NCBI RefSeq assembly: GCF_051201565.1
Contig: NZ_CP179200.1
Span: 1,290,001 to 1,322,000 of the forward strand
Length of the DNA: 32,000 bases
Direction of reading: 5' to 3'
Source of the DNA: Pseudothioglobus sp. nBUS_23
GTDB taxonomy: Bacteria > Pseudomonadota > Gammaproteobacteria > PS1 > Pseudothioglobaceae
The translations under genes were made by a program, and so were the position numbers. The notes under the pieces were generated by a model that did not search any database, had not been told where the DNA came from, and saw only the letters and a program-made list of their open reading frames with translations. Shown one piece after another: positions 9,000 to 17,713 of this stretch; positions within the stretch are counted from its first letter, which is position 1, and each line of letters starts with the position of its first letter.

Positions 9000-9532
9000 T
9001 GATTGACAGCGATGGATATCGCGCTAATATTGGTATTGTAATTACTAATGACAAAAAACAGATACTATTAGCAAAGCGATTCAAGCAAAGCGGGTGGCAA
9101 CTTCCTCAGGGCGGAATTGATGAAGATGAAACTGAGTTAGATGCTCTTTATCGAGAGCTTCAGGAGGAGGTTGGCCTTGATTCTTCTCATGTCACTCTGA
9201 TTGCCAAAACTCCTAAGTGGCTCAGATATGAACTTCCAGATGAGCACGTCAGAAGAACTCAAAAACCTATGTGTATCGGTCAAAAACAAGTCTGGTATTT
9301 GCTTAAACTTGACTCAAGTGATGATGAAATCTCTCTCGATTTACATGATGATGTTGAGTTTGATGACTGGAAATGGGTAGATTATTGGAAGCCTGTTGAT
9401 GAGGTAATTAATTTTAAAAGGGATGTCTATGAAGATATGCTCAAGGCCTTAGCTCCAATTCTTTTTGAAAATGAGCACAGTATTCCTTCAAAATTTTCAA
9501 GGCCCCTTCAATTTACTGCTATTAAGCTATGA
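8999..9532 (+). CDS. rppH: RNA pyrophosphohydrolase (Nudix)
   Basis: MIDSDGYRANIGIVI N-terminus, Nudix box GGIDEDETELDALYRELQEEVGL, and CIGQKQVWYLLKL, as in E. coli RppH. The GTG start overlaps the yccA TAG by 1 nt. Confidence 0.9.
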   Translation: MIDSDGYRANIGIVITNDKKQILLAKRFKQSGWQLPQGGIDEDETELDALYRELQEEVGLDSSHVTLIAKTPKWLRYELPDEHVRRTQKPMCIGQKQVWYLLKLDSSDDEISLDLHDDVEFDDWKWVDYWKPVDEVINFKRDVYEDMLKALAPILFENEHSIPSKFSRPLQFTAIKL

Positions 9533-10464
9533 CAAACTCTAGACAAAAAAACCAATCCTTTACTGAAGAAACAAGTCCGAGCCAACCACGTTTAAAGGTA
9601 ATTAAACTTTCAAAAGGTATCACTGAAAATTTCAAAAATGCTATAAAGAAATTTAATGTCCAGTCGATTGAATATAAACCCTTTCTTCGCTTTCATATTG
9701 CCAATACTCTCAATGAGCTAGCTCACAATAAATTAGGCTCCCTCCTTCTTGATAATCTTCATAATCGATCAACTGGAGCGATATTATTAGAATGTGAGGG
9801 GACTAGCGATGAGGACACTAAAAGTGAGGATTTCATAGACTTTAATATTCTTCTCTCAACTGCAGTTTCGCATTTAATTGGAATGCCAAATCTTGACTCC
9901 ATGTCTGGAAAGTTTTATGCTAGATTTAGCGTCAAAAATGACGATAACAGTGATAGCTATCTTCGTCAAGCTCATAGGAGAATGGAGCTTCATAATGATG
10001 GGACTTATGTGCAGGAAAAAACTGACTGGGTGCTCATGCAAAAAATCATAGAATCAAATGTTGAGGGTGGAGAGTCGCTATTACTTCACCTTGATGATTG
10101 GACTGACTTGCAAAAGTTTTATGAACACCCATTGGCCAAAGAAAACCTACAGTGGGGCTCACCATCAAGTAAAAATGTTGATTATAAGACCACTCATCCT
10201 ATTTTCTTAGATGAAGATGAGGATGGAAAGCCAATGATGTCCTATATTGATCAATTTGTTGAGCCGAAGAATATGGAACAGGGTCTTTACCTCTTCGAGC
10301 TAGGAGAGTCTCTCGAGAATGAAAGTGCCACCTACAGCGTCAAACTAAATGAGGGCAGCATGCTTATAATTAATAATTACTTTTGGCTTCATGGAAGGGA
10401 TAAATTTACTGCAAATAAAAATCTTCATCGTGAACTACTTCGTCAAAGAGGTGTTTTTAATTAA
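9529..10464 (+). CDS. csiD: Glutarate 2-hydroxylase (CsiD/GlaH, Fe(II)/2-oxoglutarate dioxygenase)
   Basis: Colinear with E. coli CsiD: YKPFLRFH, MSGKFYARFSVKNDDNSDSYLRQAHRRMELHNDGTY, SYIDQFVEPK, INNYFWLHGRD, LLRQRG.F. The start overlaps the rppH stop (ATGA). Confidence 0.88.
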   Translation: MTNSRQKNQSFTEETSPSQPRLKVIKLSKGITENFKNAIKKFNVQSIEYKPFLRFHIANTLNELAHNKLGSLLLDNLHNRSTGAILLECEGTSDEDTKSEDFIDFNILLSTAVSHLIGMPNLDSMSGKFYARFSVKNDDNSDSYLRQAHRRMELHNDGTYVQEKTDWVLMQKIIESNVEGGESLLLHLDDWTDLQKFYEHPLAKENLQWGSPSSKNVDYKTTHPIFLDEDEDGKPMMSYIDQFVEPKNMEQGLYLFELGESLENESATYSVKLNEGSMLIINNYFWLHGRDKFTANKNLHRELLRQRGVFN

Positions 10465-10516
10465 CCTTAATCAACAGACTATATAATCGTTTAGTATTTC
10501 TTTTCATATTATCGAT

Positions 10517-11734
10517 ATGTCTAAAGGTGAATTCTTTGACTATGTTGTTTTGGGTGGGGGTATTGTTGGCGTTTCTACAGCGCTTTCAGTGAAAACCAAG
10601 CACCCTGAAAAAAGAGTGTTACTACTAGAAAAAGAGAGGTCTTTTGCACAACATCAAACTGGCCATAATAGTGGTGTGATTCATGCAGGTGTTTATTATG
10701 AGCCCGGCAGTTTGAAAGCAGATTTTTGCAGAGAAGGGCTTAAAGAAACAATTTCATTTTGTAATACCCATGGTATTCCCTTTGAGCAATGTGGCAAATT
10801 ACTTGTAGCCACAAATGCTCTTGAGCTAGAAAGAATGAACAAACTATTTGAAAGATGCAAGGCTAATCAAATAGAGGCTGAGATATTAGATCAAGAAGAG
10901 CTCCATAAAATCGAGCCTAATATTGCTGGAATTGGAGCGATTCTGGTCAAATCAACTGGAATTGTTGACTACAAATTAATCACAAAAAAAATGATAGGAG
11001 AGTTCGAATCAATTGGTGGAGAATTTTTACTAAACACCAAGGTTGTTAATTTAGAAGAGAATCAAGATCAAATCAAGATAATCACTTCAAATGAGCAAAT
11101 CTGCTCAAAGTATCTCATTTGCTGCGCTGGACTTATGGCCGACAGAGTTGCAAAGTTACTTGACATCAAAATTAACTTTCAAATCATCCCTTTTCGAGGC
11201 GAATACTACAGACTCAAAAAACACCACAATAGCCTTGTTAAGCATTTGATCTATCCAATCCCTGATCCCAATCTACCTTTCTTGGGTGTGCATTTAACTA
11301 GAATGATTGATGGGAGCATTACAGTTGGTCCAAATGCAGTTCTAGGATTTAAGCGCGAGGGTTATAAAAAATTTAATTTCAGTATAAAGGATACTCTTGG
11401 GCTCTTATCCTTTAGAGGGTTCCACAATGTGCTAAAAAAGAACTTTCGATCTGGCGTATATGAAATGAAAAATTCATTATTTAAACGGGGCTATCTAAAA
11501 GAAGTACAAAAATATAGCCCTCAAATTAAGCTGAATGATCTGAAGCCTTACCCAGCAGGAATAAGGGCTCAAGCAGTATTAGAAGATGGCACACTTGTTC
11601 ATGACTTTTTATTTGCAGAAAGCAGGCGATCTATTCATGTCTGCAATGCGCCATCTCCAGCTGCCACATCAGCCATTCCAATTGGAAAATACATTACTGA
11701 AAAAGCAACAAAAGCTTATAACAATTTAACCTAA
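10517..11734 (+). CDS. lhgO: L-2-hydroxyglutarate oxidase/dehydrogenase
   Basis: GGGIVG dinucleotide fold, HQTGHNSGVIHAGVYYEPGSLKA, FRGEYYRL, HLIYPIPDPNLPFLGVHLTRMIDGS and CNAPSPAATSAIPIG closely parallel E. coli LhgO. Adjacent to csiD, as in E. coli. Confidence 0.9.
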   Translation: MSKGEFFDYVVLGGGIVGVSTALSVKTKHPEKRVLLLEKERSFAQHQTGHNSGVIHAGVYYEPGSLKADFCREGLKETISFCNTHGIPFEQCGKLLVATNALELERMNKLFERCKANQIEAEILDQEELHKIEPNIAGIGAILVKSTGIVDYKLITKKMIGEFESIGGEFLLNTKVVNLEENQDQIKIITSNEQICSKYLICCAGLMADRVAKLLDIKINFQIIPFRGEYYRLKKHHNSLVKHLIYPIPDPNLPFLGVHLTRMIDGSITVGPNAVLGFKREGYKKFNFSIKDTLGLLSFRGFHNVLKKNFRSGVYEMKNSLFKRGYLKEVQKYSPQIKLNDLKPYPAGIRAQAVLEDGTLVHDFLFAESRRSIHVCNAPSPAATSAIPIGKYITEKATKAYNNLT

Positions 11735-12439
11735 AAAAAACTGCCTAATTGTCTCAGCAAACTGTTTAGACTGAACAGAATCAGGGGAAGAATTTAGTTT
11801 TACGAGTGCTGGGTCAACAAACTCCTTGGGAATGGTTACTTCCCTTCTCGCACTTAATAGTGCCTTAATAAAGTCAACCAAAAATTCTGGATGTGCTTGC
11901 ATTGTTAAAACTTTATCATTGATATAAAAGCCAGCATTTTCACAAAACTCTGAAGACGCATAAATCGTTGCGCCCTCTGGAACCTGAAGCACTTGGTCTT
12001 GGTGACAGATATTTAGAGTTACTTCCTCTGTCAAATTACCCATATAATCTGTTTTATTATTGATTTCATAGGTGTGCAGTCCCAAGCCCCAGCCCTTGAT
12101 TGATTTTTCTACATGACCGCCAAGAGCCTGAGCAATAAGTTGATGTCCAAAGCAGACTCCAAATATTGGAATCTTTGAACGATAAATATCATTAATCAAA
12201 TCACTGACCTTTGGAATCCAAGAATGTTCCTCATAGACACCATGGGGAGAGCCAGTAACTATCCAGCCATCGCACTCTAGGTGATTCTTAGGAAACACTG
12301 AATCAAGAATATTAAAGGTTTTGAATTTAAAATCGTGTTTTTCAGAGCTAATAAGAGCAATGAGCATTTCAGCATAGGTACCATATTTTTCGACTAAATC
12401 ATCAGACGCTCTACCTACTAAAAGTATTCCTATTTTCAT
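11726..12439 (-). CDS. Class I glutamine amidotransferase-like protein (GuaA-N / COG0518 type); candidate gamma-glutamyl-amide hydrolase
   Basis: Nucleophile elbow FGVCFGHQLIAQALGG and distal HPEF (Cys-His-Glu triad). Last gene of the minus-strand polyamine operon. The specific function is inferred from context only. Confidence 0.7.
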   Translation of the reverse strand: MKIGILLVGRASDDLVEKYGTYAEMLIALISSEKHDFKFKTFNILDSVFPKNHLECDGWIVTGSPHGVYEEHSWIPKVSDLINDIYRSKIPIFGVCFGHQLIAQALGGHVEKSIKGWGLGLHTYEINNKTDYMGNLTEEVTLNICHQDQVLQVPEGATIYASSEFCENAGFYINDKVLTMQAHPEFLVDFIKALLSARREVTIPKEFVDPALVKLNSSPDSVQSKQFAETIRQFFLG

Positions 12440-12457
12440 TATATTTATTGATTTAGT

Positions 12458-13429
12458 TTAGTTCTCTTGGTTTCTTTTTTGTTTTGCTCTAATGACTAGA
12501 TAGTCATGAGCAATCGTTGCAGCTACAATTGCTGTTATATCGGCATGATCATAGGCAGGTGCAACTTCAACAACATCTGCACCTATAAAGTTAATACTTT
12601 CCAAACCTCTAATAATTCCCAAAGCTTGCGCTGAGGTTAGCCCTCCTGCGACAGGAGTTCCAGTACCAGGAGCATAGGCTGGATCAAGACCATCTATATC
12701 AAAGGTAAGGTAAGCAGGTCGATCCTTAACAGTTTCAATGATTTTAGCAATAACTTCCTTAACTCCATTTTCATGAACCCATGGAGCGTCTAGAATTTTT
12801 ACACCCTTGGTATTACTGTTATGAGTTCTAATTCCAATCTGTATAGAGTGCTCAGTATCAATTAAGTTCTCATTAATGGCTCTTGAAAACATAGTTCCAT
12901 GATCAAGCCTTCCATCTTCGTCAGGCCATGTATCGGTATGTGCATCAAAATGAACTAAAGCTATAGGACCATATTTCTCAGCATGAGCTCTTAAAAGTGG
13001 ATAGGTTACAAAATGATCACCTCCAAAAGTGAGCATCTCAACTCCAGCATCAAGAATAGTTTTTGCATGATTTTCTATCTCAGAAACAATATTGCCATGA
13101 AAACCATAATCTAATTCGCAATCACCATAATCTGAAACTGCTAACGTCTTAAAAGGATCTATCCCATCAGGAAAAGCTAGTAACTCAGCGAGCTGGACTG
13201 ATGCCTCTCTAATAGCTTTGGGGCCAAATCTTGCCCCTGGCCTGAAACTAGTTGCAGCGTCATAAGGTATTCCACTGACAGCAATATCCACACCCTTAAG
13301 GTCTTTTGTGTATTTGCGCCTAAGAAAACTCAAAGCGCCGCCATAAGTCATCTCATTAGCTCTTCCATAAAGACTTTTTTTAGTAAAAGCCTGGTCCGTT
13401 TTCATGTCTTCAAAGTCGTCAATACTCAT
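12458..13429 (-). CDS. Ureohydrolase of the agmatinase / guanidinobutyrase family
   Basis: Arginase-fold Mn-binding motifs: GGDHFVTYP, HFDAHTDTW, TFDIDGLDP, EVAPAYD. The N-terminal YGGALSFLRR region is typical of agmatinase-like enzymes. Substrate (agmatine or a guanidino-acid) cannot be resolved by eye. Confidence 0.85.
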   Translation of the reverse strand: MSIDDFEDMKTDQAFTKKSLYGRANEMTYGGALSFLRRKYTKDLKGVDIAVSGIPYDAATSFRPGARFGPKAIREASVQLAELLAFPDGIDPFKTLAVSDYGDCELDYGFHGNIVSEIENHAKTILDAGVEMLTFGGDHFVTYPLLRAHAEKYGPIALVHFDAHTDTWPDEDGRLDHGTMFSRAINENLIDTEHSIQIGIRTHNSNTKGVKILDAPWVHENGVKEVIAKIIETVKDRPAYLTFDIDGLDPAYAPGTGTPVAGGLTSAQALGIIRGLESINFIGADVVEVAPAYDHADITAIVAATIAHDYLVIRAKQKRNQEN

Positions 13430-13441
13430 AAACTTCTCTCT

Positions 13442-14710
13442 TTATATTCTGTCTAGTAATGAATAATAAAGCATACCAATTTTCATACTTGGGTTTCTTA
13501 AAAATCTTCCCCCAGGGAAACTTTGTCTAGGAACTTTAGACATAATATCAAAAGTCTCTCCATTTCCAGTTATTTTCTCTGAAACTATTTTTCCAGAATA
13601 ACTTGCTAAGGCGACACCTTGGCCTGAGTAACCTTGGGCTGATATGACTTTGTCGTTATAAAGCGTTGTGAAGAATGGAAGGCGGTTCATTGTTATTGCA
13701 AGCTTTCCTCCCCAAGCAAAATCGATTTTGATGTCTTTGAGAAATGGGTAAATTTTCTCTAAAGGCTTAGTTACAATTGGTACGATATTTTTGGATAAAT
13801 TTTTTGAATAGTTTTCTCCCCCTCCAAAAAGTAGGCGTTTATCAGCACTTAGACGAAAATAATTAATGACAAATCTTGAGTCAGCAAAGGCTATATCTCT
13901 TGGATTGATCTTTTGGACTGTTTCGTCATCGAGAGGCTTGGTTGCTATGATATAGTTATTCATTGGTAAGATTTTTGATGTCAATCTCTTCTCTAAATTA
14001 TCAAGATAACCATTACAGGCTAGAATAACTCGATCAGCCTTGATAGTGCCATTCTGAGTCTGAACTTTGACATAGCTATCATGAACCTTATAATCTATTG
14101 CAGAAGTATTTTCAAAGACTTTTGCACCTGCTGCTATGGCAGCCTTTGCAATGCCTAGAGCATAATTGAGTGGATGGCAGTGGGCCTCACCCTCATCAAA
14201 ACTACCCCCGTAATAGTTATCAGAACCCGTTACTTCTCTCATTTCACTGTCACTCAGATAGACCATATCTTTGTAATCATATTTATTAATCATATGATCA
14301 ACATAGCGCTTTGACTCTTCACAATATCTCTGCTTATGGTTTGGGTGAGCGATTCCCTTCTTGTAGTCACACTGAATTTTGTATTTATCAATCAAGTCTT
14401 TGGCATGGTATTTTGCCTCTTCTCCAATACACCACAAAGCCTTGGCTTTTTGAAATCCCAAAGCTTTTTCTAAATAGAATTGATCCCTCCTCATTCCACC
14501 AGACACCTGACCTCCATTAGCTCCTGAAGCTCCAGATGCTATTTTGTTGGACTCAATAAGAACAACATTGACGCCCTCATTCGCTAAGTAAAGCGCAGAT
14601 GATAAACCTGTATAACCGCCGCCTATGATGCAAACGTCTACATCATGTTCTCCATTGAGAACTGGCTGGTCTAAATCAAAATTTCTTGTTGCCTGGTAAT
14701 ATGATTGCAC
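13442..14710 (-). CDS. puuB: FAD-dependent oxidoreductase, gamma-glutamylputrescine oxidase-like
   Basis: VCIIGGGYTGLSSALYLA FAD fold. End-to-end similarity to E. coli PuuB, including QGYSGQGV and FPGGRFLR..YYSLLDR at the C-terminus. Confidence 0.8.
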   Translation of the reverse strand: MQSYYQATRNFDLDQPVLNGEHDVDVCIIGGGYTGLSSALYLANEGVNVVLIESNKIASGASGANGGQVSGGMRRDQFYLEKALGFQKAKALWCIGEEAKYHAKDLIDKYKIQCDYKKGIAHPNHKQRYCEESKRYVDHMINKYDYKDMVYLSDSEMREVTGSDNYYGGSFDEGEAHCHPLNYALGIAKAAIAAGAKVFENTSAIDYKVHDSYVKVQTQNGTIKADRVILACNGYLDNLEKRLTSKILPMNNYIIATKPLDDETVQKINPRDIAFADSRFVINYFRLSADKRLLFGGGENYSKNLSKNIVPIVTKPLEKIYPFLKDIKIDFAWGGKLAITMNRLPFFTTLYNDKVISAQGYSGQGVALASYSGKIVSEKITGNGETFDIMSKVPRQSFPGGRFLRNPSMKIGMLYYSLLDRI

Positions 14711-14720
14711 TCTAAAAAAA

Positions 14721-16094
14721 TTATTTGATTGACTTGGCTGTCAAATCAAGACACTTCCACACCTTTTCAAGAATTTCATCAATATGATCATTATTACAAA
14801 TTAACGGCGGCGCTATAACCATCTTATTTTTGATAGCTCTCATGACTATTCCGTTCTCATAACATAAATCCCGACAAATCCCAACAACCTCACCACTATT
14901 TTCAAATCGTTTACAACTCTCTTTATCTTCAACTATTTCAATAGCTGCAAGCATACCAAGCTGTCTTGCCTCACCTACCAAAGGATGATTCTCTAACTCC
15001 TTCCACTTGCTTGCCAAGTAAGGGGCAGTATTATTTTTAACTTGGTCGAGTATATTTGTGTTTTCCATTAGTTCAAGATTAGCAACAGCTGCAGCCATGC
15101 ACGCAGGGTGTCCAGAATAAGTATAACCATGAGCAAACTCTTGATTGGCAGCAACCAATACATCAACAATATCATCTCTTACAATTACTCCGCCAACTGG
15201 CAAGTATCCAGAGGTTACGCCTTTGGCAAAAGGCATTAAATCCGGCTTAAAGTTGAAGTGTCCTGAGCCAAACCATTCTCCAGTTCTTCCAAAGCCACAG
15301 ATCACTTCATCCGCCACTAGAAGAATGTTTCTCTCTTTACAAATCTTACTAATAGCAGGCCAATAGGTTTTTGGAGGGATAATAACACCTCCCGCACCCT
15401 GAATTGGTTCTGCAATAAATGCAGCAACGCGATCTTCGCCAAGTTCATCAATTTTATTAGCTAAACTCTGCGCCATTTTTAGCCCAAATTCGTCGGCATC
15501 AATCATTCCACCGGCCTCAACACATGCATCGTAATAATAAGGTTGATCTATATGCTCAATATCAGCTATTGGCAGACCACCCTGCGCATGCATAGCGCTC
15601 ATTCCTCCCAGACTAGCTCCGGCCATGGTTGAACCATGATAAGCATTTGTTCTACTAATGATTACAGACTTAGATTTATTCCCACGAGCTGCCCAATAGT
15701 GTCTTGCAAGCCTGACAACTGTATCATTTGCCTCAGAACCCGAGCCACAGAAATAAATCTTGTTCATTCCCTTAGGAGTTTTGTCAGCAATCATCTCGGA
15801 TAACCTAATGGCTGATGGATGACTAGAGCCAAAAAAGTTGTTGTAGTAGACAAGCTCTTTCATTTGTTCATTCACTGCCTCAATGATTGATTGCTGCCCA
15901 TAGCCCATATTAACGCACCATAATCCAGACATACTATCTAATATTTTTTTACCATCATTATCATAAATATAAACTCCATCTGCACGACTAATAATATGAG
16001 TTGACTCAGGATTTTTGATGTAACTTAAATCACTAAATGATTGAATTAAATGCTTTGCATTTTTTTGTTGAAGGGCTGAAGTACTTGCTGACAT
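14721..16094 (-). CDS. spuC: Class III PLP aminotransferase (putrescine/omega-amino acid--pyruvate aminotransferase, SpuC-like)
   Basis: SGLWCVNMGYG, GSGSEANDT, DEVICGFGRTGEWFG and FAKGVTSGYLP (PLP lysine). About 457 aa, as for SpuC and omega-transaminases. Confidence 0.8.
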   Translation of the reverse strand: MSASTSALQQKNAKHLIQSFSDLSYIKNPESTHIISRADGVYIYDNDGKKILDSMSGLWCVNMGYGQQSIIEAVNEQMKELVYYNNFFGSSHPSAIRLSEMIADKTPKGMNKIYFCGSGSEANDTVVRLARHYWAARGNKSKSVIISRTNAYHGSTMAGASLGGMSAMHAQGGLPIADIEHIDQPYYYDACVEAGGMIDADEFGLKMAQSLANKIDELGEDRVAAFIAEPIQGAGGVIIPPKTYWPAISKICKERNILLVADEVICGFGRTGEWFGSGHFNFKPDLMPFAKGVTSGYLPVGGVIVRDDIVDVLVAANQEFAHGYTYSGHPACMAAAVANLELMENTNILDQVKNNTAPYLASKWKELENHPLVGEARQLGMLAAIEIVEDKESCKRFENSGEVVGICRDLCYENGIVMRAIKNKMVIAPPLICNNDHIDEILEKVWKCLDLTAKSIK

Positions 16095-16256
16095 ATTCTA
16101 TCCTTAAATAAGTTGAAATCACTAAAAAACCATCAATACTTTTTCATTCTTTTCTTTTAGATGATATAGTGTAATCTTTTTTTACTTTCTGACAATAATT
16201 TTTTTCTATTTTGTCTTTAAAAATTAATACTCTATAAAAATCAATTAAGATAATTT
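16095..16256. promoter_or_regulatory. Divergent promoter/control region between the spuC-like operon and the puuA-like-potFGHI-gabD operon
   Basis: Largest intergenic gap in the window (162 bp) and very AT-rich. A candidate sigma70 promoter for the plus strand is TTGTCT (16211-16216), 16 nt spacer, TATAAA (16233-16238). Weak inverted repeat GACAA(N15)TTGTC at about 16191-16215. Confidence 0.45.
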
Positions 16257-17618
16257 ATGAAAAACTTTGCAGAAAAATTTCTTGGCGCAAACCCCGAACT
16301 CAAAAAAATTGAATTCATATATGTAGATTTCAATGGTATCTCAAGAGGCAAAAGCGCTTCCCCAAAAACACTGATTAAGGCAGCTAGTGGCGGCTTAAAA
16401 ATGCCAGTATCAAGCTATGTTTTAGATATTTGGGGTGATAATCCTAAGGGAACAGGTCTGGTAATGACAACCGGTGATGGTGATGCAACTTGCAAAGTTG
16501 TTGAAAATACTCTTGCAGTAACGCCTTGGAGCTCTAATCGAACTGCTCAGTGCCTTGTCAGTATGGAAGATAATGATGGAAACCCAATCTATGCTGATCC
16601 TAGAAACATACTTAAAAGTGTATTGAATCGATTTGATGAGCTTGGTCTTAGACCGGTCATTGCTCCTGAAATGGAGTTTTATTTAATCGATAACCAACTC
16701 ACAAAACACGGGCATCCTCAAATGCCAATTATTCCTGGAACGAATAGGCGATTCAAAGAAGTTCAATTACTTAACCTTAACGTTATGGATGATTTTGAAG
16801 ACTTCTTTGATCTGGTTGATAAAAGTGCTAAATCACTTGGTATCCCTTCAGAGACAGCAATTGCAGAGTGTGCCCCGGGTCAATTTGAAATCAATTTACT
16901 TCATCATGACGACCCGCTTCTGATGGCTGACCAAGCTTTTTTAATGAAAAGATCTATAAAGAACTGCGCTAAAAAATTTAACCTAAATGCCACATTTATG
17001 GCTAAGCCGTTTTCAGAGGAAGCAGGCAATGGTATGCATGCTCACTTAAGTATTATTGACAAAAAGGGTGACAATTTATTCAAGCTTGATTCAAATCACC
17101 AACCTCAAGGCATTTTTGCTGATGCGATTGCTGGTCTTCTAAAAACAACACCTGACTTTCTATCATTTTATGCATCGCACTCAAATTCCTACAGGCGTCT
17201 AGTTCATAATGCCGATCATGCACCGACAACGCTCAGCTGGGGCCATGAAAATCGAACTGCCTTAATCAGAATTCCCGAGTCATCACCAAGCGCTACTAGA
17301 TTAGAATTTAGGCTTCCAAGCGCTGACTCAAACCCTTATTTAGTTTTTGCATCAATTCTCTCAAGTGTGCTCATAGGCATTCAAAATAAATACCCACTAA
17401 GCAAAGAGACGATTGGGAATGCTCATGCACAGCATACAGCTGAGCTAGGTATCACTTGGCGTGAGGCTGTTGAAAAAACTAGCAAATCAAAGATTGTAAA
17501 AGATTTTTTTGGAGAAGAATTCCAAAAGTCTTTTCAGGTTGTAAAAGAACACGAAATTAGCAGGTTTGAAAGCACTGTTACTGATTTTGAATACAATTCA
17601 TATTTAAGACATCTATAG
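16257..17618 (+). CDS. puuA: Glutamine synthetase family protein, gamma-glutamylpolyamine synthetase-like
   Basis: GS catalytic-domain motifs APEMEFYL, GNGMHAHLS and ENRTALIRIP. The N-terminus is unlike GlnA and resembles PuuA/PauA/SpuB-type enzymes. Context is polyamine genes. Confidence 0.8.
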   Translation: MKNFAEKFLGANPELKKIEFIYVDFNGISRGKSASPKTLIKAASGGLKMPVSSYVLDIWGDNPKGTGLVMTTGDGDATCKVVENTLAVTPWSSNRTAQCLVSMEDNDGNPIYADPRNILKSVLNRFDELGLRPVIAPEMEFYLIDNQLTKHGHPQMPIIPGTNRRFKEVQLLNLNVMDDFEDFFDLVDKSAKSLGIPSETAIAECAPGQFEINLLHHDDPLLMADQAFLMKRSIKNCAKKFNLNATFMAKPFSEEAGNGMHAHLSIIDKKGDNLFKLDSNHQPQGIFADAIAGLLKTTPDFLSFYASHSNSYRRLVHNADHAPTTLSWGHENRTALIRIPESSPSATRLEFRLPSADSNPYLVFASILSSVLIGIQNKYPLSKETIGNAHAQHTAELGITWREAVEKTSKSKIVKDFFGEEFQKSFQVVKEHEISRFESTVTDFEYNSYLRHL

Positions 17619-17713
17619 TAGAAACTGAATTGTAATTAAAAAAAGGTGATTATTAAATGCAAAAATTTAATATAATCCAATTAGTTAAAAGTAAAAATAA
17701 AAGGAGAAATAGA

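Noticed and set aside
16257-17618. Possibility that the GS-like gene is the housekeeping glutamine synthetase glnA.
   Set aside because: The N-terminal domain and overall length resemble PuuA/PauA-type gamma-glutamylpolyamine synthetases. The gene is embedded among polyamine uptake and catabolic genes. This was not verified by phylogeny.
17657-17713. 5' extensions offered by the ORF track for potF (17657), yccA (8286), murB (65), potH (20004) and the ABC ATPase (28643).
   Set aside because: Internal ATG codons with better RBS context and/or agreement with orthologue N-termini (signal peptide for PotF, 219-aa YccA length) make the shorter forms more likely. The extensions are AT-rich spacer read in frame.
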